Made by a program: the position numbers and the translations under genes. Positions 9,611-22,645 of a stretch of 64,000 nt of DNA are shown piece after piece; the first letter of the stretch is position 1, and every line of letters starts with the position of its first letter. A model generated the notes under the pieces. The model was not told where the DNA came from and did not search any database. It saw nothing but the letters and a program-made list of their open reading frames with translations. Source of the DNA: Bradymonadia bacterium (GTDB taxonomy: Bacteria; Myxococcota_A; Bradymonadia; UBA7976; UBA1532); assembly GCA_046290225.1 (NCBI GenBank), contig JBKAGE010000042.1, positions 32,001 through 96,000 of the forward strand, read 5' to 3'.

Positions 9611-10471
9611 ATGGATGCGCTGAAGTGGGATGATCTGAGGGTATTTCTGGCCGTCGCGCGAGGAGGCACCCTCGCCTCGGCGGCAGAGGTCCTCGGGGTG
9701 AACCCGTCGACAGTCCATCGACGGATCGCCACGCTCGAAGCAGATCTTGAAGCCCAGCTCTTCGAGCGGGATCCACGAGGATACGCCCTCACAGGGGTGG
9801 GTGAAGCCCTGCTGCCCAAAGCTCACGAGGTGGAAGAGGCGATCCTGGCGGTTCGCCGTACGGCCACCGGACACGACCGCACAGCTCAAGGGCCAGTGAG
9901 CCTGACCCTGCCCGAGACCCTATTGCCCATCGTGGCGCCACAGCTCGCGGCGGTCCGAGAAGCCTGCCCCGGGCTCCGGCCGGTGCTCGTGGTCCGCGAC
10001 GCCATCCTCACCCTCGGGGCAGAGGCTGACGTGGCGCTCCGGCCGAGCAGCACACCACCCCCCTCGGCGGTGGGCCGCAAGCTCGGACGCATCGGATGGG
10101 CTGTCTATGGGCCTGCTCACGACGAGAACGAGCAGGAGTGGGTGACATACACCGATGATGCCGGGCCAGTGGCCACGATTCACTGGCGCCGCAAACACCA
10201 CGCCCATGTACCAGTGCTCATGGAGGTCTCCTCGGTTGGGGCGATGCACCGTGTGCTGTGCTGCACTCGAGCGCGAGGGCTGCTCCCCTGCTACCTCGGA
10301 GATCCCGAGCCCAAGCTCAGCCGCCGCTCCGAGGTGATCCCTGAAGCGAGCGTGGATCTGTGGTTGCTGATTCATGCTGACCTGCGTCGCTCCGCCCGCG
10401 TCAGGGCGCTGGTCGATCTGCTCACCCCCCGCCTGCAGGCCGCCGCGCCGCTTTTCTCGGGTGAGGTATGA
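9611..10471 (+). CDS. LysR family transcriptional regulator
   Basis: WDDLRVFLAVARGGTLASAAEVLGVNPSTVHRRI HTH; divergent from the pirin gene. Confidence 0.92.
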   Translation: MDALKWDDLRVFLAVARGGTLASAAEVLGVNPSTVHRRIATLEADLEAQLFERDPRGYALTGVGEALLPKAHEVEEAILAVRRTATGHDRTAQGPVSLTLPETLLPIVAPQLAAVREACPGLRPVLVVRDAILTLGAEADVALRPSSTPPPSAVGRKLGRIGWAVYGPAHDENEQEWVTYTDDAGPVATIHWRRKHHAHVPVLMEVSSVGAMHRVLCCTRARGLLPCYLGDPEPKLSRRSEVIPEASVDLWLLIHADLRRSARVRALVDLLTPRLQAAAPLFSGEV

Positions 10472-11316
10472 CGCTCCACAAGCGCTTGCAACAGCCACTG
10501 GTTTCAGGGGAGCTGCCCTCAGAGGTGTTGAGCGCCCTGGGCCGGTGGCTCCTCCACCACACCCACCTTGAGCTCGCGGGCGAGCGCCTCGAGCTCGTGG
10601 AGATCGAGCTGTATGGATATGGCCCCGGGCACGCGGACCCATTCGCCCACCGACACCCGAGCCAGTCCACCGCCGGGCGCTGGTATCTGCACCGCACAGG
10701 CTCTGGTTTTCGCAGCGGGAGCTTCAAAGGCCTCGATCTGACCTTTGGCCCTTCAGACACATGGGGCGGCGTCCTGATTCGCGCCCTCCGGCTGCCCTCG
10801 GGGATGCTGGTGTCGGGGCCCTCTCTGTGTGTCGATCTCATCCTCGATCGGCTGGGGGTCGCTCACCCTCGAGATTTGCACGACATGATCTGGCCCCACC
10901 CCGTGGATGCTGCGGCTCAGCCGCTGCGTCTGGCCATACACGAGCCCACGACATGCCCAATCTGGTGGACGGCGAGGGTCGGGCTGACGCTGAAGCGTGC
11001 CGCCGATCATCCCACGATGCCCCACTGGCTGCTGAAGCCCTACCGCGCGCTCACCGCCCCTCGGGAGATCAAAAAGGGTCGGGTCTACCTCGTGGCAGCG
11101 CTGCTCCAAGCAGGTCAGGACGCAGCATCGATCTCTGCCCTGACAGGCAGCTCGAAGTCATCGATCCGAAAAGCAGAAGCGCTGCTCACCGCCGGCGTCG
11201 CCCTGGGCGGTGAAGTAAAGGCCTTCGAGAAGTTCATCGGGCAAGGATTGAGTGCAGTTGACCTGTACCAGATGCATGGTCTGTGGAAGGCGCTCTCAGT
11301 AAGGCGCTCTCAGTAA
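10468..11316 (+). CDS. Hypothetical protein, methylpurine-DNA glycosylase (AAG/MPG)-like
   Basis: LVEIELY, GGVLIRAL, SGPSLC and ARVGL resemble AAG motifs. Confidence 0.5.
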   Translation: MTLHKRLQQPLVSGELPSEVLSALGRWLLHHTHLELAGERLELVEIELYGYGPGHADPFAHRHPSQSTAGRWYLHRTGSGFRSGSFKGLDLTFGPSDTWGGVLIRALRLPSGMLVSGPSLCVDLILDRLGVAHPRDLHDMIWPHPVDAAAQPLRLAIHEPTTCPIWWTARVGLTLKRAADHPTMPHWLLKPYRALTAPREIKKGRVYLVAALLQAGQDAASISALTGSSKSSIRKAEALLTAGVALGGEVKAFEKFIGQGLSAVDLYQMHGLWKALSVRRSQ

Positions 11317-12227
11317 GGGCTAGGGGCAAAGCGCTGAGCGGGGAACGGTGAGGGCTGGCCGGAGTAGTGCGGGTAGACCTGGATCCCCCGGCTGGAGAGG
11401 CCCTCGGCGTCATCATAGTAGATGCCGAGGATCTTGGCGGGGCGGCTCTTCCGGGCCCGCTTGAACTCCACCTCTACGACAGGGCTGTACTGGCTCTCGC
11501 CGTAGCGGGTGCCGATGTTGTTCCGGCTGGCGCCACCGTAGCCGCTGGCGGCACCGCTCCGGCGACTCTTCCGACGGGGCGTAGCCGTGGCGACGTCACC
11601 CATGGTGGCGTCCATGGCAGGTGCAGGCGCAGCCTCGGCAGCAGGGGCATCGTTATCCGCGAGGCCACCGACAGGGGCCTTCTGCTCTTCGCCCCGGAAG
11701 CCCCACCACGGGCGAGGAGAGGGCGGAGGCGCCACCTTGCCCAGGGGCATCCGGCGGGGACGCCTCTTCTTCTCGGGGAACACGGCGACGCCGATGACGC
11801 CCACGTGCTGAGGGGTGCCTCGCCGGCCGGAGTAGCTGTCGCCGGGGGAGGTGAACCGGAAGGCGGCCACATCGCTCAGGCTGCGCCGGAAGCCCTCGAT
11901 GACGATGCTGTCGTGGGGATCGATGAGGTAGCCCCGCTGGCGCTTGAAGTCACCGAGGTCGCCGCTGATGGCGTCACGGCCATCGACGGTGACCACGGCC
12001 TCGATCCGCCGACCCGTGTGGTTGGTCACCCGCACATTGTACCGATCACCGTGGGCGCCGAGCACATAGGTCGAGCCGTTGTGATAGTAGGTCGGCAGCG
12101 CACCACCATAAGGCCGCTCCAAGGTCACGCTGTAACCGTTGGCAGAGGCAGGCAGGCTGTTGGCGGAAGCGGTGGAGGCCATCAAGGCCGCCGCGGCGAA
12201 CATCAGCAGAGCGAGGGTGGGACGCAT
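11310..12227 (-). CDS. Conserved hypothetical secreted protein
   Basis: Signal peptide, GGAG RBS, VTVDGRDAISG and VGVIGVAVF motifs, high-GC3 codon usage. Confidence 0.7.
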   Translation of the reverse strand: MRPTLALLMFAAAALMASTASANSLPASANGYSVTLERPYGGALPTYYHNGSTYVLGAHGDRYNVRVTNHTGRRIEAVVTVDGRDAISGDLGDFKRQRGYLIDPHDSIVIEGFRRSLSDVAAFRFTSPGDSYSGRRGTPQHVGVIGVAVFPEKKRRPRRMPLGKVAPPPSPRPWWGFRGEEQKAPVGGLADNDAPAAEAAPAPAMDATMGDVATATPRRKSRRSGAASGYGGASRNNIGTRYGESQYSPVVEVEFKRARKSRPAKILGIYYDDAEGLSSRGIQVYPHYSGQPSPFPAQRFAPSPY

Positions 12228-12321
12228 GGGGCTTCTCCGTGTGGGCGACAGAGCGTGTTACGACCCCTATTCACGATGGATCTAAAAAAAGTGGATTTCT
12301 GATCCAATCAACAGCCTGGCC

Positions 12322-13851
12322 TCAGCCCAGAGTGAATTTGATCCCCTGAGCCAGCGGCAGATCGGTGCTGTAGTTGATGGTGTTGGTCTGGCGCCGCATG
12401 TACGCTTTCCAGGCGTCCGAGCCCGCCTCACGGCCTCCGCCTGTCTCTTTCTCACCACCAAAAGCGCCGCCGATCTCCGCCCCTGAGGTGCCGATGTTCA
12501 CGTTGGCGATGCCGCAGTCGCTGCCCTGAGCAGAGAGGAACCGCTCTGCGCGACGGAGATCAGTGGTGAAGAGCGCCGACGACAAGCCCTGGGGCACGTT
12601 GTTCTGAATGGCGATGGCCTCTTCGGGGGTGTCGAAGGCCATGATGTAGAGGATCGGCGCAAAGGTCTCCTGCTGCACCACGTCCCACTGAGGCTCGGCT
12701 TTGATCAGGGTGGGCTGCACGAAATGCCCCGGCCCGTCGATGACATCGCCGCCATAAAGCACCTCTCCGCCGAGCGCCCTGGCACGGGCCACAGCATCGC
12801 TGAACCGCGCCACAGCGGCGTCGTCGATGAGCGGACCCATCAGCGTGCCCGCCTCCAGCGGATCACCAATGCGCACCTGAGCGTATGCCTTCACCAGCAC
12901 ATCGCAGACCTCGTCGAGCCGGCTGCGATGTACGAGCAGGCGCCGAGTGGTGGTGCACCGCTGCCCCGCAGTACCCACAGCGCCAAAGACAGTGGCAGGG
13001 ATGGCGAGCGACAGATCAGCGGTCTCGTCGATGATGAGGGCGTTGTTGCCCCCGAGCTCGAGCAGGCTGCGGCCGAGTCGGCCCGCCACCTGAGCGGCGA
13101 CGGTCTTCCCCACGGCGGTGGATCCCGTGAACGACAGCAGCTTCACCCGCTCGTCGTGCACCAACCTCTGGCCCATGCTGGCGTCGCTGTCGGTGAGCAG
13201 GAAAAACGCCGGTGGAAATCCACCCTCGGCGAGGGCGTCCTCGACCAGCCGCTGCACGGCGATGGCGGTGAGCGGGGTCTTGGGCGAGGGCTTCCAGATG
13301 GTCACGTTCCCGCAGATGGCGGCGATGCAGGCGTTCCATGCCCAGACGGCCACGGGGAAGTTGAAGGCGGTGATCACGCCCACGATGCCGAGGGGGTGCC
13401 ACTGCTCGTACATGCGGTGCCCCGGGCGCTCGCTGTGCATGGTCTTGCCGTAGAGCATGCGGCTCTGACCCACGGCAAAGTCGGCGATGTCGATCATCTC
13501 CTGCACCTCGCCGAGGCCCTCCTGCTCGATCTTGCCGTTCTCGAGGGCCACGAGACGCCCGAGAGCCAGCTTGTTCTGTCGCAGTGCCTCTCCGATGAGC
13601 CGCACAGCCTCGCCACGCCGTGGGGCGGGCAACGCAGCCCAGGCGACGGCAGCCTCAGAGGCCCGGTCGATGACCTGGTCGTAGTGCCCTGCGGCGCTGG
13701 TCTGCACCTCGGCGATGACCTCACCGGTGGTGGGGCTGGTGCTGGCGAGGCAGGCGCCGCCCTCGGGCTCAGGGCTGCCGAGCCACTCGCCGCCGAGTGC
13801 GGTGCCGGGGTTGAGCGCAGAAAGGTTCAAAGCGGAGAGGACATTGTGCAT
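12322..13851 (-). CDS. Aldehyde dehydrogenase family 7 (piperideine-6-carboxylate dehydrogenase-like)
   Basis: [55 protein letters not shown] motifs. Confidence 0.92.
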   Translation of the reverse strand: MHNVLSALNLSALNPGTALGGEWLGSPEPEGGACLASTSPTTGEVIAEVQTSAAGHYDQVIDRASEAAVAWAALPAPRRGEAVRLIGEALRQNKLALGRLVALENGKIEQEGLGEVQEMIDIADFAVGQSRMLYGKTMHSERPGHRMYEQWHPLGIVGVITAFNFPVAVWAWNACIAAICGNVTIWKPSPKTPLTAIAVQRLVEDALAEGGFPPAFFLLTDSDASMGQRLVHDERVKLLSFTGSTAVGKTVAAQVAGRLGRSLLELGGNNALIIDETADLSLAIPATVFGAVGTAGQRCTTTRRLLVHRSRLDEVCDVLVKAYAQVRIGDPLEAGTLMGPLIDDAAVARFSDAVARARALGGEVLYGGDVIDGPGHFVQPTLIKAEPQWDVVQQETFAPILYIMAFDTPEEAIAIQNNVPQGLSSALFTTDLRRAERFLSAQGSDCGIANVNIGTSGAEIGGAFGGEKETGGGREAGSDAWKAYMRRQTNTINYSTDLPLAQGIKFTLG

Positions 13852-13939
13852 GGGTGGCTCCCAGTGGGGTGATGCATGGGTCTTACCCACTGAGCCCTCT
13901 TGCTGCCAAGGGCAGATCGCTGCAGAGCCCACGAGGGCA

Positions 13940-14587
13940 TCACTCGCCTGGGGGGAGCCCTTTGATGAAGCCGAGCATCTGCTCGACGGTCTCGCGCCAG
14001 TTCTGCGCCCCGGTGCGCCCAGAAGATTTGCGGGGGACCAGGCTGTGATCTCCGTCTGTGATCCAGGCGATTTTCACCCGCTCGGCGAGGCCATAGCCGG
14101 CGATCTCTTCGGGCTTGCCGAAGGGGTCTCGGGTGCCCTGGCAAATGAAGATGGGTGGGCCGCTGCCACGCTGCAGGCCAACGATGCGATCGCCTGGGGG
14201 CTTGCCTGGGGCGTGGAACGGGAAGCCCAGGGCCATGACCCCGGCGCAGTCCCAGCCGATGTCGGCGATGTGCTGCGCCACCCTCGATCCCATCGACTTA
14301 CCCGCGAGCACGAGCCGATCTCTGGGCCCATCACCCACCACCTCGTCGATGACCGACTCGAAGTGCTTGACCAGCTTGGAAAAGCCGTTGGGCGGCCGCT
14401 TTTTGCCGTCGACGCGCCGCTGAGCCATGTACGGGAACTCGAAGCGCACCACCCGCACCCCACCGGCGGCGAGGCCTTCGGCCATGAACTGCATGAAGGG
14501 GGTGTCCATGGGGGCGCCGGCACCATGGGCCAGGATCACCGTCCACACATCAGGGCCTGCTGGTGGCCCATCGTAGATCAACGACAT
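13940..14587 (-). CDS. Alpha/beta hydrolase
   Basis: [15 protein letters not shown] nucleophile, [17 protein letters not shown] overlaps the spoVR stop. Confidence 0.88.
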   Translation of the reverse strand: MSLIYDGPPAGPDVWTVILAHGAGAPMDTPFMQFMAEGLAAGGVRVVRFEFPYMAQRRVDGKKRPPNGFSKLVKHFESVIDEVVGDGPRDRLVLAGKSMGSRVAQHIADIGWDCAGVMALGFPFHAPGKPPGDRIVGLQRGSGPPIFICQGTRDPFGKPEEIAGYGLAERVKIAWITDGDHSLVPRKSSGRTGAQNWRETVEQMLGFIKGLPPGE

Positions 14588-17319
14588 CAGATCTTGTCGA
14601 AGGGGCGCTCCGAGGGCTTCTCGCCGTCGAAGCTGAGCAGCACGCCCTTGTCGTTGCGCTGGCTGGCGATGTGCACCGGGCGCTTCCAGACCTTGTAGAT
14701 GTTGGCCAGTGTGTCCCGGGCATAGTTCTCGTCGAGGTCGACCCCCTCGAACCGGTGACGCAGCAGCAGCTCCGATCGGTTCTCGAAGTTGGCGTCGTAC
14801 ACCTCGATGAAGGGGTTGCCCATGTTGGTGAGCTGGGTGAGCAGCTTCTGCTTCACCTGCTGGAACTCCCGAGAGGCGATCTGCCACTCGTCGGCTTTGC
14901 GGTTGAAGGCGAAGGTGAACATCTTCTGCTCGGCGCAGAACTCCGGGGTGAGGAACTCGTCGAGGAAGGTGATGTCGTTGTGATGACGGCGCACCTCGAA
15001 GATCTTCTCGAGCCCCTTGCCGGTCTTGCGATCCCAGTTGGCCCGCTCGGCCATGTCATCGCAGTTGTCGTAGTCCCAGCCATACTGGCCCTTGTCCCAC
15101 CGCTCCTCGATGTGACGGAACAGCTCGATGCCCACCTTATAGGGGTTGATGCCCCCGGGCCGCATGGCCATGGTGCCGGCGTGACGATCGGCGAAGTCGA
15201 TGACCTCGGAGTCGTCCATGATGTGCTGGGTCATCATCTTGGAGTGCCAGTACGAGTTGTGATTGATGAGGCCCCCAGCGGCATACCGGTGGGTGTCAGT
15301 GACCGAGATGTCATACACATCCTCGCGCCCCTCGGTGAGCGCCACCACCTCATCGAACCAGCGCTCAGCCTTGAACCACTTGCGATCGGAGACATAGGCC
15401 TCAAGGGCTGTCTGCTTGCGCTCCAGGCCGAATCCGATGCGCTCGGCGAAGGTCTTCGCTGAGGCCCCGGTCACGTGCACGTGCCAGCAACCATCTTTCT
15501 GACGGCGGCGGCGATTCAGGATGCCGTAGTTGAGCAGCAGCAGTTGCACCTGCTCGGCCATCTTGTCGCTGACCGTGCTCAAGATGACGCCCTGCTTGCC
15601 AGCGTAGCCGTCACAATCGAAGAGGGCCCGCAAGAACGCCCGCACCACTGGCTCAGGGGAGCGCAGCACGGCGTCGGGCACCTTCTTCTCGTGGGCGCTG
15701 GGGCCTTCGGTCATGCCCAGGCCCTGTGTGAGGAAGTCGGAGACCGTCTCTGCGTGCAACAGCACCCGCCACCGGTTGCCGTCGAGGCGCTGCGTGGGGG
15801 TCACCCCGAAGAGCGACTCGGCGAGTTCAAAGAAGCGCCGCGCTTGGGGCTCGTCCCCTGTCGTCAGGCCCAGGTGGCGCTTGCGGCGGCTGATGTGGCC
15901 GTCGCCGGCGAGGTAGCCCAAGAAGGCCCCGAGAGCCTCGTCGAGTACCCCAGGGATGTACACGCCCCCACGGCGGTTGAGGCTCTTCGCCGAGGCAAAG
16001 GTTTGGGCGGTGTCGTAGGCCTGCAGGGCCGCTTCGATGGAGTGTGCCTTGCGAGTGCTCTTGCCAGCGCGATGACGTAGGACAGTCCAGACCGAGACCC
16101 CAGCCTCGTCTGCCACGTCGTGCAGTGTCACCGACTCTGGGGGCAGCCAGTCGATCTGCACCGGCTCGGTGGCCCACATATCACCACCACCAGAGATGGC
16201 AATGCGGTCGCCCACCTTCAGCTCGTCGAGGCGCTTCCACGTCTCGTTGTCGTCGAGCAACACACGGTGGTTGTTCGAGCCGCACAGCTCCAGGCCACGG
16301 CGGGTGGTCACGGTGACCGTGTCGTGATCGGGGATGATGTTGCGATCGTAGACCTGCTGACGCTTCTCGCCGTCAAAGACCTCACCGGCACCGCGCTCGA
16401 CGAGGTGGGCCATCTCCACCATGCCCTGATCAGTGAAGACATAGGTGCCCGCGCGCACGCAGGCCCAGCCTTCGTTCATGATCTTGGTCATGCCCTGAGG
16501 CGCGAAGTAGTAGGCCTCTTCCCGAATCATGCCCAGCACGTTGCGCTGCCAGCGGGTGAGGGGGGCGTGCTCCATGAGGAACATCATGATGTCCCGTTGG
16601 GGCTCTTTGGGGAACCGTGGGGGCTGCTCCGCCTCTTTCTTGGCCTTCTCGCGCTGGGCCTTCACATAGTCTTCGGGGTTGATGAAGTCATCCATGTACT
16701 CCTTGGCTTTCAGCCGGGGCACATCGGGATCACCCACCAGCTCGTCGGGCAGATCAGTGGGGCGCTCCTCTTCGGTTCGGCTCGCCTTACGCTTGATGTA
16801 GGGGGCGTGCAGATCGATGAGGTTCTCGAGGGAGAGGGCCACGTCGATGAACTCTTCGACGTTGGTCTGGCCGAAGTGATCCTGATACCGCCGGATGCGG
16901 GTGGCGTGGTTGGCCATCACGTCGAGCATTTTGCGGTTCGTCTGGCTGAACCAGTAGTTGTTCTTGAAGAAGTCGCCGTGGCCGAAGACGTGGGCCATGA
17001 CCATCTTCTGATCGACGAGCTCGTTGCCTTCGAGCAGGTAGGCGTAGGTCGGATCAGTGTTGATGACCAGCTCGTAGATCTTCGACAGGCCGTACGCATA
17101 CGACTTCGACATGCGCTCGTATTCCATGCCGAAGCGCCAGTGGGGGTACCGCACAGGGAACCCGCCATAGGCAGCGATCTCGTTCATCTTGTCATAGGTG
17201 ATCACCTCGAAGATGGTCTCGAAGAAGTCGAGGTTCATCTCTCGGGCGAGGGCTTCGATCTTGCGGTTCCAGACCCGCAGCTCGTCGTCGAGGGGTCGCA
17301 CCTTCATGTACTGAATCAT
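14587..17319 (-). CDS. spoVR: SpoVR family protein, intein-containing
   Basis: [43 protein letters not shown]; third gene of the prkA-yeaH-spoVR operon. Confidence 0.92.
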   Translation of the reverse strand: MIQYMKVRPLDDELRVWNRKIEALAREMNLDFFETIFEVITYDKMNEIAAYGGFPVRYPHWRFGMEYERMSKSYAYGLSKIYELVINTDPTYAYLLEGNELVDQKMVMAHVFGHGDFFKNNYWFSQTNRKMLDVMANHATRIRRYQDHFGQTNVEEFIDVALSLENLIDLHAPYIKRKASRTEEERPTDLPDELVGDPDVPRLKAKEYMDDFINPEDYVKAQREKAKKEAEQPPRFPKEPQRDIMMFLMEHAPLTRWQRNVLGMIREEAYYFAPQGMTKIMNEGWACVRAGTYVFTDQGMVEMAHLVERGAGEVFDGEKRQQVYDRNIIPDHDTVTVTTRRGLELCGSNNHRVLLDDNETWKRLDELKVGDRIAISGGGDMWATEPVQIDWLPPESVTLHDVADEAGVSVWTVLRHRAGKSTRKAHSIEAALQAYDTAQTFASAKSLNRRGGVYIPGVLDEALGAFLGYLAGDGHISRRKRHLGLTTGDEPQARRFFELAESLFGVTPTQRLDGNRWRVLLHAETVSDFLTQGLGMTEGPSAHEKKVPDAVLRSPEPVVRAFLRALFDCDGYAGKQGVILSTVSDKMAEQVQLLLLNYGILNRRRRQKDGCWHVHVTGASAKTFAERIGFGLERKQTALEAYVSDRKWFKAERWFDEVVALTEGREDVYDISVTDTHRYAAGGLINHNSYWHSKMMTQHIMDDSEVIDFADRHAGTMAMRPGGINPYKVGIELFRHIEERWDKGQYGWDYDNCDDMAERANWDRKTGKGLEKIFEVRRHHNDITFLDEFLTPEFCAEQKMFTFAFNRKADEWQIASREFQQVKQKLLTQLTNMGNPFIEVYDANFENRSELLLRHRFEGVDLDENYARDTLANIYKVWKRPVHIASQRNDKGVLLSFDGEKPSERPFDKI
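15256..16461 (-). mobile_element. Intein (402 aa) with LAGLIDADG homing endonuclease and HTH insertion
   Basis: Starts at C (CVRAGT), block F VYDISV, ends HN followed by Ser; FLGYLAGDG and [10 protein letters not shown] motifs. Confidence 0.93.
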
Positions 17320-18434
17320 CGGCCCGCTCCCAGGAACTCTTTGATCGACCCCACGATGGCGTCTTTGTCTTTGATTTCAGAGACCACGACGTTCTCGTTG
17401 GCGTCGCTGCCCTTGAGGAAGTGCTCGCGGATGTCCTTGATGAACTGGCCCGACCCGTATGGGCTCTCGACCTGGCCATAACTGAACTGATTGGCCACAG
17501 GGATGATCTCGTCTCGCAGCAGCCGGATGCACAGGCCGGTGTCATCCACGGACCAGTTGTCACCGTCGCTGAAGTGGAACGGGTAGATGTTCCAGTCGGC
17601 GGCGGGGTAGTCGTCTTTGATGATCTGCGCCGCGAGCTTGTAGGCGCTGCTGATCATGGTGCCGCCGGACTCGCGGGTGTGGAAGAACGTATGCTCGTCG
17701 ACCTCGCGGGCGGTGGCGTCGTGGATGATGTACCGGGTCTCGAGGCCCTTGTACTGGCTCTGCAGCCACGCGTTGATCCAGAAAGACTCGATGCGCACGA
17801 TCTCTTTCTGCTCGTCGCCCATCGAGCCGGAAACATCCATCATGTAGATGATGACCGCGTTGGCCTCGGGGCTGCTCACCGTGCTCCACGAGCGGTAGCG
17901 CATGTCTTCCTTGATGGGGATGATCATGGGCCGTTTGGGGTCGTAGCGCCCCATGGCGATGGTGCGCTTGAGGGCCGCCTTGTAGGTACGCTTGAAATGC
18001 CGCAGCGAGTCGGGCCCCACAGGGCGGATGCCGGTGTAGCGATCGCGCTCGGTGACCACCTGTTTGGCGCCCCGGGGCTCGATCTTCGGGAGCTGCAGCT
18101 CTTCACCGAGCAGCTCGGCGAGCTCGTCGAGGGTGACGTCGACCTCGAGGGCCTTGTCGCCTTCGCCCTCGCCGGCCTCGCCCTGCCCCGGCTGCTCCTC
18201 GCCGTCGCCAAGGCTCTGGCCCACTTCGCCATCGCCCTGGCCAACGCCGCCGCCGCCCTGACCCTTGCTCCCGAACTTGAAGCGGGGGGTGTCGATCTGA
18301 GGCACGGGGATCGACACCTTGTCTTTGCCCTGCTTCCCGATCAGCTCTCCCCGGGAGATGTACTTCTTCAGATTCGACCGGATCTTGCCCCGGACGATCT
18401 GCCTGAACCGGCTGTGATCTGTCTTGATCGACAT
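17316..18434 (-). CDS. yeaH: YeaH/YhbH (DUF444) vWA-like protein
   Basis: [26 protein letters not shown]; operon position. Confidence 0.9.
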   Translation of the reverse strand: MSIKTDHSRFRQIVRGKIRSNLKKYISRGELIGKQGKDKVSIPVPQIDTPRFKFGSKGQGGGGVGQGDGEVGQSLGDGEEQPGQGEAGEGEGDKALEVDVTLDELAELLGEELQLPKIEPRGAKQVVTERDRYTGIRPVGPDSLRHFKRTYKAALKRTIAMGRYDPKRPMIIPIKEDMRYRSWSTVSSPEANAVIIYMMDVSGSMGDEQKEIVRIESFWINAWLQSQYKGLETRYIIHDATAREVDEHTFFHTRESGGTMISSAYKLAAQIIKDDYPAADWNIYPFHFSDGDNWSVDDTGLCIRLLRDEIIPVANQFSYGQVESPYGSGQFIKDIREHFLKGSDANENVVVSEIKDKDAIVGSIKEFLGAGR

Positions 18435-18505
18435 GAGAATTCCTCAGGTCAGGCCCAGGCGGGCGAGGGGCCCCCTGAGCGGTGGGGAGAGGTGATCGGG
18501 GCAGA

Positions 18506-20554
<2,049 letters not shown>

Positions 20555-20889
20555 CTTTGCTCCTAAGACTTGGGTTTTTCAGCGCCCGTCAAGGTGTTGA
20601 CGACAGCCCATGAAGGCACCTTATCCACACGTTGAGACCAACACAATGTCTCGCCGCTTTCATTCTGCCTTCGGAAGGAGAGTCCGAAGGGCTTGACCTT
20701 ATCTATGGATGCCGGCCCCCCCAGCTCAGGGCTCAACAGTCCACTTCGAAGGTCGTGATCTGACCTCTTGCACGGCCTGCGACGGTTCCCTATAGTGCGC
20801 CGGCTTATTTCCCGGCCTGACGTGTGGTTCAGGCGCACTGGCTGACAGCATTTCTGACCAGCTCAGCCTCCTGACAAGCGGTAGCGATC

Positions 20890-22566
20890 ATGAGCGAGCG
20901 CCCTGAGTCGAACTCTGCCCCCGAAGACAACCAGACCCCCCAGACTGCCGAGCAGCCTGTAGACGGTCAGTCTTCTGATGTGAACCCCACCGTCGAGGTG
21001 TCCGAGGCTGCCCCCGCAGCGGAGGCGCCTGCTGCAGAAGCACCTGCAGCAGAAGCGCCCGCTGAGGAAGCACCTGCCGCCGCCGCACCCCAGGTGCGTG
21101 CAGCGACAGAGGCCGAAGCCCCCGCCGCTGAAGCAGCCCCCGCCCCGGCACACCACCGGGTCACCGAGGCCAGCCTCAACGCCCGCACCCCCAAGGTGGG
21201 CGATTCGGTCCAGGGCCGCATCGTCAAGATCACCGGGAACGTGGCCTTCGTGGACTACGGCGGCAAGAGCGAGGGCTACATCGAGCTCTCCGAGCTGCGC
21301 GACGAAGAGAACAACCTCACCCTGAACGAGGGCGACAACGTCGAGGCCGAGGTCGTCGACGTGCGCGGCGCCGTGCGGCTGAGCCGCAAGCGCATCATGG
21401 CCAACGCCGGCCGTCACCTCGTGGAAGAGGCCTTCAAGAGCGGCAGCACCGTCACCGGCACCGTCACCGGCACCAACAAGGGCGGTTACGAGGTGCGCGT
21501 GCACGGCATGCGGGCTTTCTGCCCCGCCAGCCAGATCGCCGAGCACTTCGTCAAAGATCAGCTCTCGATGGTCAACAAGGACTTCGAGTTCCTGATCACC
21601 GACTTCGGCAACGGCGGCCGCAACCTCGTGGTGTCGCGCCGCAAGCTGCTCGAGGCCAGCAAGGCCGCCCGCAAAGAGAAGATCAAGGCCGAGCTGGAGC
21701 ACCGCATCAAGGTCGGTGATCACCTGCAGGGCCGCGTCACCGAGATCAAGGATTACGGCGCCTTCGTCGACCTCGGCGGTGGCATCGAGGGCATGATCCA
21801 CGTCTCGGAGATCTCCCACGAGCGCGTGGGCCACCCCCGCGAGAAGCTCAACAAGGGCGACGCCGTCGAGGTGAAGGTCATCCGCGTCGAGCCCGCCAAG
21901 GGCCGCGTGGCCCTGAGCATCAAGGCGCTCCAGGGTGACCCTTGGACCACCTTCGCCAAGAGCCTCGAGCTCGGCCAGGCCCTCACCGGCGAGGTCGTGC
22001 GCATGCAGCCCTTCGGCGCTTTCGTGCGCCTCGCCCCCGGCGTCGACGGCCTGCTCCACGTGTCGGCCATCAAGGCCACCGAGCGCGTGGGCCACCCCAA
22101 CGAGGTCCTCAAAGAGGGTACGAGCATCGACGTGCAGGTCGAGAAGATCGAGCTCGACAAGAAGCGCATCGGCCTGTGCACCCCCGAGGTGTACGCCGCC
22201 CGTCACACCCCCATCGAGGGGGTCGAGGTCGGCGCCAACATCAAGGGCAAGGTGGTCAAGATCGAGAAGTTCGGTGTGTTCCTCGAGATCAAAGAGGGCG
22301 TCACCGGCCTCATCCCCAACGTGGAGATGGGCACCGATCGCGGCACTGATCACAGCAAGCGCTTCCCCGTGGGCACCGAGATCGAGGTGAAGATCCTCGA
22401 GGTCGACAAATCCCGCAAGCGCATCCGCCTGTCTCGCAAGGCCCTCACCGACGACTCGGAGCGCGGCGCCTACGTCGAGTACAAGAAGGCCCAGAAGAAC
22501 GAGCCCCCCAAGAGCCTCGGCACCTTCGGCGACCTGCTCAAGGCCCACCTTGAGGGCCAGAAGTAA
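20890..22566 (+). CDS. S1 RNA-binding repeat protein (ribosomal protein S1-like)
   Basis: Five S1 repeats (e.g. YGAFVDLGGGIEGMIHVSEIS), N-terminal EAPAA repeats, C-terminal LGTFGDLLK. Confidence 0.88.
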   Translation: MSERPESNSAPEDNQTPQTAEQPVDGQSSDVNPTVEVSEAAPAAEAPAAEAPAAEAPAEEAPAAAAPQVRAATEAEAPAAEAAPAPAHHRVTEASLNARTPKVGDSVQGRIVKITGNVAFVDYGGKSEGYIELSELRDEENNLTLNEGDNVEAEVVDVRGAVRLSRKRIMANAGRHLVEEAFKSGSTVTGTVTGTNKGGYEVRVHGMRAFCPASQIAEHFVKDQLSMVNKDFEFLITDFGNGGRNLVVSRRKLLEASKAARKEKIKAELEHRIKVGDHLQGRVTEIKDYGAFVDLGGGIEGMIHVSEISHERVGHPREKLNKGDAVEVKVIRVEPAKGRVALSIKALQGDPWTTFAKSLELGQALTGEVVRMQPFGAFVRLAPGVDGLLHVSAIKATERVGHPNEVLKEGTSIDVQVEKIELDKKRIGLCTPEVYAARHTPIEGVEVGANIKGKVVKIEKFGVFLEIKEGVTGLIPNVEMGTDRGTDHSKRFPVGTEIEVKILEVDKSRKRIRLSRKALTDDSERGAYVEYKKAQKNEPPKSLGTFGDLLKAHLEGQK

Positions 22567-22645
22567 GGCGGCCAGTCAGGCTGGCCATCAGGCCACCCCC
22601 TCCCCCACTGGTACCCGGGCCCCGCGCCCGGTACCGTAGCTCTCC

